A DNA stretch of 64,000 nt from Candidatus Kaiserbacteria bacterium CG10_big_fil_rev_8_21_14_0_10_59_10 (lineage in GTDB: Bacteria; Patescibacteriota; Minisyncoccia; Phycocordibacterales; UBA2100), in NCBI GenBank assembly GCA_002773285.1, contig PFBM01000021.1, forward strand, positions 14,312 through 78,311, given 5' to 3'. This document shows positions 46,530 through 56,684 of the stretch, in pieces. The notes under the pieces are model-generated. The model ran no database searches. It was not told where the DNA came from and saw only the letters and a program-made list of their open reading frames with translations. Position 1 is the stretch's first letter. Each line of letters opens with the position of its first letter. Position numbers and translations under genes: made by a program.

Positions 46530-47135
46530 TCAGCGCCTGTTCTCGAGCGCGCTTTTGAGTGTCTCGGCATCCGCATACTCCAACTCGCTGCCCGTCGAAA
46601 GGCCCCGCCCGAGCATCGTTATCTTCCATCCGTGCCGCGCCGCAAGCGCGGCAAGCGCGTCGCGGACATGAATGGCCGTGTAGTCGCCTTCTGGATTCGC
46701 CGGCAGGGCTAGAATGACCTCACGCAGGCCTGCCGATGCGCGCTCCTGTGCACGCGAGAGGAGTTCGCGCTCGCGCAGCGCCTTGGCCTTCTCGCTCGCA
46801 AGGGAGATGGTCCCTCCGAGCACGAAGTAATGGCCGCGATACGTGCCACTTCGCTCCAGGGCGGCGAGGTCCGCGTCGCTGGAGACCACGGCAAGCATCG
46901 ACGCGTCGCGTGCGGGATCGGCGCATAGCGCGCAGAGCCCCTTCGCGCCGGCGTGGTAGCGCATGCACGCATCGCACTGGTTGACGGTTGCGCCGAGTGC
47001 GCGTATCGAGTCGGCCAATTCGCGCCGCATAGAAGGCGAAGAGCGCAGCAAGAATTGCACGAACCGGTGCGCCTGGCGGGGTCCGATGCCGGGAAAGCGC
47101 GCAAACAACGTCGCTAACTTATCGAGCGCATCCAT
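46530..47135 (-). CDS. recR: Recombination mediator RecR
   Basis: FPGIGPRQAHR, C4 Zn finger, YFVLGG, NPEGDYT, ELEYADAETL. Confidence 0.95.
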   Translation of the reverse strand: MDALDKLATLFARFPGIGPRQAHRFVQFLLRSSPSMRRELADSIRALGATVNQCDACMRYHAGAKGLCALCADPARDASMLAVVSSDADLAALERSGTYRGHYFVLGGTISLASEKAKALRERELLSRAQERASAGLREVILALPANPEGDYTAIHVRDALAALAARHGWKITMLGRGLSTGSELEYADAETLKSALENRR

Positions 47136-47140
47136 GTGCA

Positions 47141-48517
47141 TTAAAAGGGCTGCTCCACCTCCGCCTCTGGAGTAAAGTCGCCGAAATCGCTTTTCTCGAG
47201 TGAAATGAACGTGGTTTTCTCCTCATCAAAGCGAAGGTCAATTTTGCCAACCGGGCCGTTGCGATGCTTCTCGACGAGTATTTCCGCAATGCCCGTGCGT
47301 TCGCCTCCGTCCTGCATCTTATCCTCGCGATGAATGAACATGACGACATCGGCATCCTGCTCTATTGAGCCCGAGTCGCGCAGGTCGGAGAGGCGCGGCT
47401 TTCCGCGCCGCTGCTCGACGGCGCGCGACAGCTGCGAAAGTGCAAGGACCGGCACGTCCAGCTCGCGCGCCATCGCCTTAAGTGAACGGGAGATTTCCGT
47501 CACCTGCTGTACGAGCGAATCGGACGAGCGGGTGGTTGAAGGCGTAATGAGCTGCAAGTAATCCACGATGACGAGGCCGAGGCCCTTTTCCATTTTGAGC
47601 CGTCGTGCGACAGAGCGCATCGTGAGTACCGTTGAGGACGGCTTATCATCGATAAATATTGGCGCGTCGGAAAGCGTCGCAATGGCGTGCTGCAGACGCT
47701 CGTACTCATCATCTTTAGATATCTTGCCCGTGCGCAGCCGCCATGAATTGACGCGGGCCTCTGCGGCGAGCATGCGGTCAACCAGCTGCTGGGAACTCAT
47801 CTCGAGCGAGAAAATGCCCACCGCCGTGTTGTGTTTGGTCGCGCTCTGACGCGCGATGTCGAGCGCGAGGGCGGTTTTACCCATGGAAGGGCGGGCAGCG
47901 AGTATGACAAGGTCCGAGCGCTGCAGTCCTGCGAGCAAGTTGTCGAGCTGTGGGAAGCCCGTCGGTACGCCGCGTATCGAACCGTCATGCTGCTGCAGCT
48001 GCTCCAAACGCTCCCACGCGTCGCTGAGTGACTCCTTGATGGTAGAGAATGTCCGCAGGCTCGGCGCGTTCGCGACGGCGAACACCGCTTGCTGCGCCTC
48101 ATCAAGTATCTGTTCTATCTCTCTATCCTCGGCAAACCCGAGTTCGGCGATGCGCCCAGCGACGTCAATAAGAGAGCGCAGTACGTACTTCGACTGCACG
48201 TTCTCCGCATAGTGGCGCGCGCTACCCGGAGAAGCCGCGGTAGACACCAATTCAGACAGGTATGCGCCGCCGCCGATACCCGCAAGCTGCTTTCGTTCCT
48301 TCAGTTTGCCCGAAAGCGTCACGAGGTCGATCGGCTCGCCCTTGCCGTGGAGCGCGAGCATCGCGTCGAAGATAGTGCGGTGCTTGCCTGCATAGAATGA
48401 ATCAACGCCGACGACGTCCGCGACCTCGAACATCGCATTCGGGTTAAGCATGAGGGCGCCGAGGAGCGCGCGCTCCATATCAACATCCTGCGGTGGGACT
48501 CGAGCGCTTTGTGCCAT
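47141..48517 (-). CDS. dnaB: Replicative DNA helicase
   Basis: AARPSMGKT, FSLEMS, VDYLQL, LSQLSR, LRDSGSIEQDAD, KHRNGP. Confidence 0.98.
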   Translation of the reverse strand: MAQSARVPPQDVDMERALLGALMLNPNAMFEVADVVGVDSFYAGKHRTIFDAMLALHGKGEPIDLVTLSGKLKERKQLAGIGGGAYLSELVSTAASPGSARHYAENVQSKYVLRSLIDVAGRIAELGFAEDREIEQILDEAQQAVFAVANAPSLRTFSTIKESLSDAWERLEQLQQHDGSIRGVPTGFPQLDNLLAGLQRSDLVILAARPSMGKTALALDIARQSATKHNTAVGIFSLEMSSQQLVDRMLAAEARVNSWRLRTGKISKDDEYERLQHAIATLSDAPIFIDDKPSSTVLTMRSVARRLKMEKGLGLVIVDYLQLITPSTTRSSDSLVQQVTEISRSLKAMARELDVPVLALSQLSRAVEQRRGKPRLSDLRDSGSIEQDADVVMFIHREDKMQDGGERTGIAEILVEKHRNGPVGKIDLRFDEEKTTFISLEKSDFGDFTPEAEVEQPF

Positions 48518-48695
48518 AGCACGATTCTATCACCAAGCGCCCCCACGCACATGCGCGGCACGCGCCGCCATGTGGGACTTACGTGTGGACAATGCGGCAC
48601 TCAGCCGTATAGATTTGACAAGGGCGAAGGCGCCTGCTAAAACTACGTCACGCATAAAGACATTTGTCATAAAAACAGTCAAATCCACCATCGCT

Positions 48696-49718
48696 ATGCT
48701 TCAATTCACTACGCGCAGCGTCACGAAAGAGCTCCTTTCCTCTCTGCCTGAACGCTCACGGCGAGTCGTTGCAGAGCGTTTTGGCCTCGGCACGAGCGCG
48801 CGGCGGCGCACGCTGGAGGCAATTGGCAAGGAGTATGGGGTGACACGGGAGCGCATACGCCAGATAGAGAACCACTCCCTCGCAATGGTCCGAGAATCGG
48901 AGGCATACGGCCGCAACATGCACGCGATCGATGACCTCAAGCGCGCCGTGCATGAGCTCGGCAGCATCGTATCCGAGACGGCTGCTCTGGCCGCTCTCGC
49001 TACGTCGGAGGCCGAACGCAACCATGTGCTCTTTCTTCTCACGGTAGGGCACCACTTCGAGCACAGGCCGGATAATCCCGACTTTCACGCACGCTGGCAC
49101 GTGGACCCGGCGCTTGCCGAGGCGGTAGAGCGCTCGCTTTCGCGCTTGCATGAGGAGCTGAGCGCCGAGCGGCTCGTTCCAGAGAGTGATTTTGTGCAGC
49201 AGTTCGTACGCATTCTGAAAGAGGAGGGTGTGCGTGCACGTTCCGAAGAGGCGCCGTCTCGCTGGCTTGCCATTGCCAAGCGTATTGCGCGCAACCCGCT
49301 TGGTGAGTGGGGTAGGAGCGATTCGCCGCACGTGCGCATCAAGAACACGCGTGACTTTGCGTACCTCACACTGAAGCGTCACGGCTCACCCATGCACTTT
49401 ACCGAAGTGGCGAAGGGCATTCGCGAGCTGTTCGATAGGAACGCGCACCCCGCAACAACGCACAATGAACTTATTAAGGACAGCCGATTTGTGTTGGTCG
49501 GGCGCGGCCTGTACGCCCTTAAGGAATGGGGGTACGCGCCCGGCGTCGTGCGCGAGGTCATCAAGAACATCATCGCGGAAGAGGGTCCGCTGTTGCGCGA
49601 AGACATAATCGAGCGTGTGAAGCGCGAGCGCTACGTCAAAGACGCAACTATTGCCGTGAATCTCCAGAGCGACGCCTTCACGCGCGGCGCGGACGGCCGC
49701 TACAGCATCGCCTCATAG
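48696..49718 (+). CDS. Sigma-70 region-4 HTH fused to HARE-HTH/RNAP-delta-like winged helices
   Basis: RFGL...TLEAIGKEYGVTRERIRQIE; PMHFTEVA, HNELIKDSRFVLVGRGLYAL. Confidence 0.8.
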   Translation: MLQFTTRSVTKELLSSLPERSRRVVAERFGLGTSARRRTLEAIGKEYGVTRERIRQIENHSLAMVRESEAYGRNMHAIDDLKRAVHELGSIVSETAALAALATSEAERNHVLFLLTVGHHFEHRPDNPDFHARWHVDPALAEAVERSLSRLHEELSAERLVPESDFVQQFVRILKEEGVRARSEEAPSRWLAIAKRIARNPLGEWGRSDSPHVRIKNTRDFAYLTLKRHGSPMHFTEVAKGIRELFDRNAHPATTHNELIKDSRFVLVGRGLYALKEWGYAPGVVREVIKNIIAEEGPLLREDIIERVKRERYVKDATIAVNLQSDAFTRGADGRYSIAS

Positions 49719-49784
49719 CCGCGTTGTCCGCAGACAAGCCCGCTTCCATGCGGAAAGTGCGCACAGGACTGGTATGATAGTGCG

Positions 49785-51215
49785 ATGGCGGAAGAGGAAA
49801 AGCAATCCGTGCTGGACAGGATGATACAGTCGTTTACCGGCTGGGTGGGCAGGCGCATCGATGCCCTAGCGAAACCGGGCAAGCCGCACGGATATTTCGA
49901 CGCATGGGTCGAGTGGATAGGTGACTGGGGGGTCTCGCGCGGACTCGCGCTCATAGTCATCTATGTACTCCTTTTTTCGGCGGCGTCTTCACTGGTACCG
50001 GCTCTTCCCGTACTGGTGTGGAGCTGGATATTCGCAACGGCGCCGATATGGATACCCGTTGCCTCTATCATCGCCCTCACGCGCATTTGGATGTGGTACG
50101 TGAATACGCAGTACCTTGCAACGCGAAAACCAGTGCTGCTCGATATCCGCATGCCGCGCGAGGTCACAAAGTCGCCGCGGGCGATGGAAACAGCCCTTTC
50201 GCAGTTTTACACTACGTCGAATGAGACGACCTTTATCATGCGATGGTGGGAGGGGAAAATGCGGCCCTGGTTCTCCTTCGAGCTCGCGTCGTTCGGTGGC
50301 GACGTGCATTTCTACCTCTGGTGCTGGCGAGAATACAAGAACGTGCTCGAAACGCAATTGTATGCGCAGTATCCGGAGATCGAGATACACGAGGCCGAAG
50401 ATTACGCATCACGTTTTGTCTACGATCCATCCGTGTACGAAGTGTGGGGAAACCAGTATGCGTACGATAAGCGCTCCGATGGGCGCGACCCGGCGCCATA
50501 TCCGATCCGCTCGTACATAGACCTAGAACTCGACAAGGACCCGAAGGAAGAGTTCAAAGTAGACCCTCTTGCACAGGTTATCGAGGTCTTTAGCAGTTTG
50601 AAAGGAAGCGAGATGGCGTGGATGCAAATTCTCATACGCGCCAACAAGGAGAGCGAGACGGGTTTCCAGAAGCTGGTAAAAGCGGAGGTTGAGCACATAC
50701 GCAAGGAGGCATCCATACAGCCGACCGGGGAGCATCTGGAGCCGGGCGAAGAGGCGCGGCGCGGCTTTCCGCACCCGACGTGGCGGCAGACAGAGCAGAT
50801 ACGGGCTCTCGAGCGGCACGCAAGCAAGAAAACATTCACTGTCGGCATACGCACGCTCTATGCGGCAAAACACGAAGAGTTTAGCGGCACAACGCGCTCC
50901 GCCATACGGTGGGTATTTCTGCCATTCAATAGCGACCACCTAAACGGCCTACGCCCGGGAAAGTGGCACAACGACTTCGATTATCCGTGGCAGGATTTCC
51001 GCAATATCCGCTGGAGAAGGCAGGCGCGCCGCTTTTTCGATGCGTACCGCCGGCGTTCCTATTTCTACACGCCGTGGATAACACCCTTTTTTATTATGAG
51101 CACCGAGGCGCTCGCGACGATCTACCATCCGCCGAGCCGCACGATAGCCGCGCCCGGTTTGCAGCGCATTCCGTCCACAAAGGCCGAGCCGCCGCCGAAT
51201 TTGCCGCTTCGGTGA
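49785..51215 (+). CDS. Conserved membrane-anchored hypothetical protein
   Basis: Two TMs; KSPRAME, FSFEL, LYAQYPEIEIHEAEDY, YPIRSY, EALATIYHPP. Confidence 0.75.
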   Translation: MAEEEKQSVLDRMIQSFTGWVGRRIDALAKPGKPHGYFDAWVEWIGDWGVSRGLALIVIYVLLFSAASSLVPALPVLVWSWIFATAPIWIPVASIIALTRIWMWYVNTQYLATRKPVLLDIRMPREVTKSPRAMETALSQFYTTSNETTFIMRWWEGKMRPWFSFELASFGGDVHFYLWCWREYKNVLETQLYAQYPEIEIHEAEDYASRFVYDPSVYEVWGNQYAYDKRSDGRDPAPYPIRSYIDLELDKDPKEEFKVDPLAQVIEVFSSLKGSEMAWMQILIRANKESETGFQKLVKAEVEHIRKEASIQPTGEHLEPGEEARRGFPHPTWRQTEQIRALERHASKKTFTVGIRTLYAAKHEEFSGTTRSAIRWVFLPFNSDHLNGLRPGKWHNDFDYPWQDFRNIRWRRQARRFFDAYRRRSYFYTPWITPFFIMSTEALATIYHPPSRTIAAPGLQRIPSTKAEPPPNLPLR

Positions 51216-51258
51216 TGTGCCGTATGCAACCCATGCGTATAAGCGCCCGCAGCTCTCT

Positions 51259-52302
51259 ATGAGTGAAGATAAGAAACTGGAAGAGGCATTCGAGGAGTAC
51301 ATGGACGGCACTCTTTCGCGCTGGTCGCGCGCGGAGGAGTATCTCAGCCGCAATGCGAACAGACGCACTGCCGCCATCCTTCTCGCCGTCTTCGTGTTCG
51401 CGCTTGCGCTGTACACATCCGTATTCTCGCCACCGCACGATTTTCCTACCGAGGCGATCGTCGATGTGCCGCAGGGCGCATCGGTGCGCGACATCGCAGA
51501 GACGCTCGAGCGCGAGAGGATCGTACGCTCCGCGCTGTGGTTCCGGCTACTCGTGCGCTTCACGGGCAACGAGCGGAGCTTGCACGCGGGAGAGTATTTG
51601 TTCGAGGAACCGACGGGCCTATGGGGCGTAGCGCAGGCGCTCTCCCACGGCCGCTACGGTATGGAACCGCGGCGCGTACGAATACCGGAGGGCGCGATGG
51701 TGCGCGATATAGCCGAGCTCTTGGACGAGGAGTTGTTGCGATTCGATAAAGAGCTCTTTACGGCGAAAGCGCTCCCGTACGAGGGCCGCCTCTTTCCGGA
51801 CACGTACTTTTTCCTGCCAAGCGCGAACGAAGATACTGTGCTTGAGGCACTGCGGCAAAACTTCGATGCACAGCTTGCTCAGCTTGAGGAAGAAATTGCG
51901 GCGTTCGGACGCCCGCTCGAGGAGGTGCTCATCATGGCATCGATACTGGAGCGCGAAGCGCGCGACCACGAGGACAGAAGGCGGATAGCCGGCGTCTTGT
52001 GGCGACGGCTTGACGAAGACATGCTGCTGCAGGTCGATGCCGTTTTTCTCTACTCGATCGGGCGCTCGACGTTCCAGCTCACATTGGAAGACCTGCGCTC
52101 CGATTCGCCCTACAACACGTATCGCTACAAAGGCCTCCCGCCCACGCCCATCGGCAGTCCGAGCCTCAGCTCCATACGTGCCGCCATCACCCCGATAGAC
52201 GGCGGATACTACTACTATCTTGCGGACAATACCGGCGTTACGCACTACAGCAGGACGTACGAAGAGCATCTGCGGAAAAAGAGATTGTATCTTGGAACAT
52301 AG
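51259..52302 (+). CDS. mltG: Endolytic transglycosylase MltG
   Basis: RIPEG, EGRLFPDTY, MASILERE, LQVDA, SPYNTYRYKGLPPTPI. Confidence 0.95.
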   Translation: MSEDKKLEEAFEEYMDGTLSRWSRAEEYLSRNANRRTAAILLAVFVFALALYTSVFSPPHDFPTEAIVDVPQGASVRDIAETLERERIVRSALWFRLLVRFTGNERSLHAGEYLFEEPTGLWGVAQALSHGRYGMEPRRVRIPEGAMVRDIAELLDEELLRFDKELFTAKALPYEGRLFPDTYFFLPSANEDTVLEALRQNFDAQLAQLEEEIAAFGRPLEEVLIMASILEREARDHEDRRRIAGVLWRRLDEDMLLQVDAVFLYSIGRSTFQLTLEDLRSDSPYNTYRYKGLPPTPIGSPSLSSIRAAITPIDGGYYYYLADNTGVTHYSRTYEEHLRKKRLYLGT

Positions 52303-52371
52303 CTACGAAGCGGGGTCTATGACCGATGCAGTGCTTGCATTCGAGGTCGGGGGACTACAAGCTACGGGTCT

Positions 52372-53418
52372 ATGCGCGTGTATGTAGGACTCTCCGGCGG
52401 CGTCGATTCGGCTGTGGCCGCCGCGCTCTTGAAAAAAGCGGGGCACACAGTAGTGGGTTGCTTTATCAAGATATGGCAGCCCGAGTTTATCGAGTGCGCA
52501 TGGCGAAAGGACCGCGTTGATGCCATGCGCGTGTGCGTCGCTCTCGGTATCCCGATGCGGGAACTCGATCTGTCGGAGGAGTACAAACGCGACATTGTCG
52601 GATACATGCGTGAGGCCTACGCGATGGGCTGTACGCCGAACCCCGATGCGTTGTGTAACCGCTCCATCAAATTTGGCGCGTTCGCAGCGTGGGCTCGGCG
52701 CGAGGGAGCGGAGTGCATTGCGACAGGCCACTATGCGCGAATACTGCAAGAAGGCGGACGGCATGCGCTCTACAGGGGAAAAGATTTGCAAAAAGACCAG
52801 TCGTATTTCTTATGGATGCTGCGCGAGAGAGACCTTGCGTTTGCGCAATTTCCGCTCGGCGGCATGCGAAAGAGCGATGTGCGTGCACTCGCGAAACGCT
52901 ATGCGCTACCAGTCGCCGATAAGCCCGACAGTCAGGGACTGTGCTTCGTGGGAGAGGTATCGATGCGCGATTTTTTGTCACGCTTCATCCGAGTAGAAAA
53001 GGGATCCGTGCTTGACGAATCCGGCCGTTCGATAGGGGCACATGACGGCGCGGCACTCTATACCATCGGGCAGCGCCACGGATTCCGCCTCTTCAGTAGA
53101 GAGGCGGCTTCTGTGCCCGCGTACGTCTCGAGTACGAGCGTATCCGACAATACGATAACGGTGACTAGGGACAGGGAACGGTGCATGACTACATGCGTGA
53201 CCATTCGCTCCATGCACTGGCTCGCAGGCGAGCCGCCTCGCTTCCTGCATGCGCATGCGCAGCTTCGCTACCGAGAGGCGCCGGTAGGAGTCGCGTGTAC
53301 CCGTGTGAATGATTCTGCGTTTCAGCTGCAGCTGGAGAAGCCGCGCATCGCCGCGCGTGGCCAATCGCTCGTCCTGTATGAGGGCGAGAGAATCCTAGGT
53401 GGAGGCATCATTGCATAG
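52372..53418 (+). CDS. mnmA: tRNA 2-thiouridylase
   Basis: SGGVDS, TPNPDALCN, ATGHY, KDQSYFL, DSQGLCF. Confidence 0.97.
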   Translation: MRVYVGLSGGVDSAVAAALLKKAGHTVVGCFIKIWQPEFIECAWRKDRVDAMRVCVALGIPMRELDLSEEYKRDIVGYMREAYAMGCTPNPDALCNRSIKFGAFAAWARREGAECIATGHYARILQEGGRHALYRGKDLQKDQSYFLWMLRERDLAFAQFPLGGMRKSDVRALAKRYALPVADKPDSQGLCFVGEVSMRDFLSRFIRVEKGSVLDESGRSIGAHDGAALYTIGQRHGFRLFSREAASVPAYVSSTSVSDNTITVTRDRERCMTTCVTIRSMHWLAGEPPRFLHAHAQLRYREAPVGVACTRVNDSAFQLQLEKPRIAARGQSLVLYEGERILGGGIIA

Positions 53419-53478
53419 CATCGCGAGACCTGTGGAAAGTACGCACCATATACATAGAGTGCGCGTATAATGCGCGTA

Positions 53479-53895
53479 ATGTCTGAAGTGTTTCTACGCG
53501 TCATGTGGCTCGCGCTTATCGCGGGTGCACTCGCATATGCCGCATATCTTTTTCTCGGAAGTACGATCCTTGCGCAAGCTGAAGATTCCTTGGCGCACGT
53601 CATCGTGCGCGACACCATCGAGGACGGCGTACACCGCCTTTCCGGCATGGTGATGGTGCCGTCGGACTGCCACGGCATCAGCGTGCGCGTCCACCAGAGT
53701 GACGCAAGCGAATACGCGCTTTCGATATCGACATGGATCGACCCGACGCGTGTATGCGAGCCGGAGCCGACGGCGCGCGCGTTCCGCGTCGTTACATTCG
53801 CGCCGCCCGTCGGCACCGCGTTCACCGCCACGCTCGACGGCAGTCCCATACCGCTTACCGTGTTGACGCACCACATTCGCTCCCATGACCGCTAA
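53479..53895 (+). CDS. Hypothetical membrane-anchored protein
   Basis: N-terminal TM, two Cys; TATAAT upstream. Confidence 0.65.
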   Translation: MSEVFLRVMWLALIAGALAYAAYLFLGSTILAQAEDSLAHVIVRDTIEDGVHRLSGMVMVPSDCHGISVRVHQSDASEYALSISTWIDPTRVCEPEPTARAFRVVTFAPPVGTAFTATLDGSPIPLTVLTHHIRSHDR

Positions 53896-54715
53896 CGCCA
53901 ACATACTGAAGGCCGACGGAGAGAGGGAGCCATTCGACCCCCGCAAGCTGGATGCCTCGCTCGCGCGCGCAGGCGCCGCCAAAGACGCGCGCGAAAGGAT
54001 AATCGCCCGCATCGAGAGCGAACTCTACGAGGGCATGACGACCGAAGAGATATACCGCCACGCGTTCGAGTACCTGCGCCGCGACGAGGCGCCGCCTGTT
54101 GCCGCTCGCTACTCCATCAAACGTGCCGTATTCGCGCTCGGTCCGTCAGGGTTTCCGTTCGAGCAGTTTCTCGGCGAGGTGCTGCGGGCGCACGGCTGGG
54201 CTGTACGCACCGGCGCCGAACTGTACGGCCGATGCGCGCCGCACGAAGTGGACGTGCTCGCCGAGCGCGCGGGCAAGCGCGTCGGTATTGAGGCCAAGTT
54301 CCACAACGCGGCTTCCGGCAAGACCGACATCAAGGATGCGCTGTACGTCCGTGCGCGGTATGAGGATTTGGCGCGCGCGGCGGAGCAATCTTCGCGCGTG
54401 GATGACGGGTGGCTCGTCACCAACACGCGCTTTACCAAAAATGCCATCCGGTACGCGCAGTGCGCGAACCTTACGCTCATCGCATGGGAGTATCCAAAGG
54501 GGCGCGGGCTGCGCTCCCTCATCGAAGAAGGCGGCGTCCACCCGCTCACATGCCTCACGACGCTCACGGAGGGTGAGAAGCAGCGGCTCATGGATGCGAA
54601 GATAGTTCTTTGCAAGAATGTGCAGAGCGGCCATTTGCTGGAGGAATATGGCGTTAAGCCGGCGAGAATACCCTGCGTGCTCGACGAAGCGAAGCACTTA
54701 TGCACGGTCGGATAG
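53885..54715 (+). CDS. ATP-cone plus Mrr-like PD-(D/E)XK endonuclease
   Basis: ILKADGEREPFDPRKL (ATP cone); GFPFE, HEVDV, IEAKFH, LVTNTRFT. Confidence 0.85.
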   Translation: MTANANILKADGEREPFDPRKLDASLARAGAAKDARERIIARIESELYEGMTTEEIYRHAFEYLRRDEAPPVAARYSIKRAVFALGPSGFPFEQFLGEVLRAHGWAVRTGAELYGRCAPHEVDVLAERAGKRVGIEAKFHNAASGKTDIKDALYVRARYEDLARAAEQSSRVDDGWLVTNTRFTKNAIRYAQCANLTLIAWEYPKGRGLRSLIEEGGVHPLTCLTTLTEGEKQRLMDAKIVLCKNVQSGHLLEEYGVKPARIPCVLDEAKHLCTVG

Positions 54716-54721
54716 TGCACG

Positions 54722-54749
54722 TTGACACCTCGATGGGCGCCGCTACAAT
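54722..54749 (+). promoter_or_regulatory. Sigma70-type leaderless promoter
   Basis: TTGACA-16-TACAAT-6-ATG. Confidence 0.6.
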
Positions 54750-54755
54750 AGGGGC

Positions 54756-55280
54756 ATGACGAACGATGTTCAATGGCAGCACGTATTATTAGGAGTGGCC
54801 GCCGGCATTCTTATCGGATCGCTTGCGACATGGCTCGCCCTCTCGGATAGGGCTGGCATTCCGCAGGCCTCCGGCGACATCCCGGATACATCCGAGGAAC
54901 AGGATCTCGACGGCGAGCAACAGGGTACATCAGGCGGCGCGCAACATTCGGGCTACAGCATAGCGGTGTCAGACCAACTCGCTGGCCGCTCCGTCACCGT
55001 ACAGAGTGTCACGCTCACCGAAACGGGCTGGATCGCGGTGCGCGAGCGCGCCGTGGAAGGACGGCCGGGCAACGTTCTCGGGGCGGCGCGGCGCGATGCC
55101 GGCGTGTACGAGGAGGTGAGCGTCACCTTACTGCGGGCGACCGAAGCGGGCGGCAGTTATGAGGTAGTCGTATACCGCGATGACGGCGACCGCGTATTTG
55201 ACATGAAGAAGGACACGCCGCTTGAAGACACCGCCAAGGTTTTCCGTGCGCTTTCGCCATTCAGCACGAACGAGGGCTGA
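54756..55280 (+). CDS. Membrane-anchored beta-sandwich hypothetical protein
   Basis: TM, linker, DQLAG..VTV..V...GWIAV, PGNVLGA, DDGDRVFD. Confidence 0.75.
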   Translation: MTNDVQWQHVLLGVAAGILIGSLATWLALSDRAGIPQASGDIPDTSEEQDLDGEQQGTSGGAQHSGYSIAVSDQLAGRSVTVQSVTLTETGWIAVRERAVEGRPGNVLGAARRDAGVYEEVSVTLLRATEAGGSYEVVVYRDDGDRVFDMKKDTPLEDTAKVFRALSPFSTNEG

Positions 55281-55305
55281 CACCGCCGCGTACCAACGAT
55301 GCACC

Positions 55306-55818
55306 ATGCCCGAGCTGTTCGATACGGAGGCAGTAATTCTCGGGAAGCTTCTCCTAGCGACGGTCCTTGGTCTTCTCATCGGGACTGAGCGCGCGCTGAT
55401 GGCGCGCCAGGCCGCCGGCTCGCGCACCTTTGCGCTTGTGTCTCTCGGGTCATGCCTTTTTATCGTAGCCGGGTTGCACATTGACGTGCGGTATCTGGGT
55501 ATCGTGAACTTCGACCCCGCGCGCGTGCTCGCGGCCGTCGTGCAGGGAATCGGATTCATTGGCGCGGGCCTCATCATTTTTCGAGGCCATGCGCTGCATG
55601 GTGTCACTACCGCCGCGGGCCTCTGGGTGGCAGCGGCAGTAGGGGCTATGGTCGGTTTCGGCATGTACGCGATCGCCATATTCGCTGTTCTGCTTGCTCT
55701 CACCGTGCTCTTTGGGATGTGGTACGTGGAGAATAGGTTCAAGCGCATCCTGCTTGATAATCATCCTGAACAACCGGAAGAGCCGTACGAGCATCCGCTC
55801 GGCGGAATGAGGGAGTAA
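55306..55818 (+). CDS. MgtC/SapB family protein
   Basis: LIGTER, AGSRTFALV, DPARV, GIGFIGAG, GVTTAAGLW. Confidence 0.93.
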   Translation: MPELFDTEAVILGKLLLATVLGLLIGTERALMARQAAGSRTFALVSLGSCLFIVAGLHIDVRYLGIVNFDPARVLAAVVQGIGFIGAGLIIFRGHALHGVTTAAGLWVAAAVGAMVGFGMYAIAIFAVLLALTVLFGMWYVENRFKRILLDNHPEQPEEPYEHPLGGMRE

Positions 55819-55868
55819 GTGCCGCTATGTGCACGGTGCGTAATGCGCGCTCATGATATAGTGGGCCT

Positions 55869-56684
55869 GTGGCGCAATATACAAAACGGTACAATCCGGC
55901 GCGTGGGGCTGACTGGAACTATGGCGGCAGGAATTGGCGCCTGTCGCGTTCCAAAATTGACCTTTTCTTGGAATGCCCGCGTTGCTTTTACCTGGACAAC
56001 AAACTCGGCACCGGCCGGCCGCGCGGCCCCGCCTTCACGCTGAACGTCGCGGTCGATGCCTTGTTTAAAAAAGAGTTCGACGTACACCGTATCGATGGGA
56101 CGGCGCACCCGCTTATGAAGGCCTACGGCGTGGACGCCGTGCCGTTCCGTCATCCGAAGATCGATATATGGCGGGAGAACTTCAAGGGCATTACCTGGCA
56201 AGATGCGGCGACCGGTTTTACGATCTCGGGGGCGGTCGACGACGTGTGGGTGACCCCTGAAGGAAAACTTATAGTTGTCGACTACAAAGCGACATCAAAG
56301 AACGGTACTATCGAATCCCTTGCCGATTCGTCATGGGAGGAGCAGTACAGGCGCCAGATGGGCGTGTACCAGTGGCTCCTGCAGAAAAACGGATTCAACG
56401 TGCATCCGACCGGCTACTTCGTCTACGCCAATGCCAGCTCGGATAAAGCGGCGTTCGACGGGCGGCTTGAATTTGAGATCACGCTTGTGCCGTGCGAAGG
56501 CGATACGTCGTGGATAGATAAAACGCTGCCGCTCATCAAGGCATGCCTCGACAGCGAGGAGATACCGCCTGTCGGAGAGAACTGCGAATTCTGCCCGTAC
56601 CGCGAGGCGGCGGGGAAGCACTTGCAGACACTCGCCACAAAAAACAGACCCGCGAGGAGGGACGCGCGTAGCACGGGCGTATGA
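55869..56684 (+). CDS. PD-(D/E)XK nuclease (Cas4/RecB-like) with four Cys
   Basis: LSRSK..ECPRCFY, GAVDD, VVDYK, QMGVY, CEFC. Confidence 0.85.
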   Translation: MAQYTKRYNPARGADWNYGGRNWRLSRSKIDLFLECPRCFYLDNKLGTGRPRGPAFTLNVAVDALFKKEFDVHRIDGTAHPLMKAYGVDAVPFRHPKIDIWRENFKGITWQDAATGFTISGAVDDVWVTPEGKLIVVDYKATSKNGTIESLADSSWEEQYRRQMGVYQWLLQKNGFNVHPTGYFVYANASSDKAAFDGRLEFEITLVPCEGDTSWIDKTLPLIKACLDSEEIPPVGENCEFCPYREAAGKHLQTLATKNRPARRDARSTGV

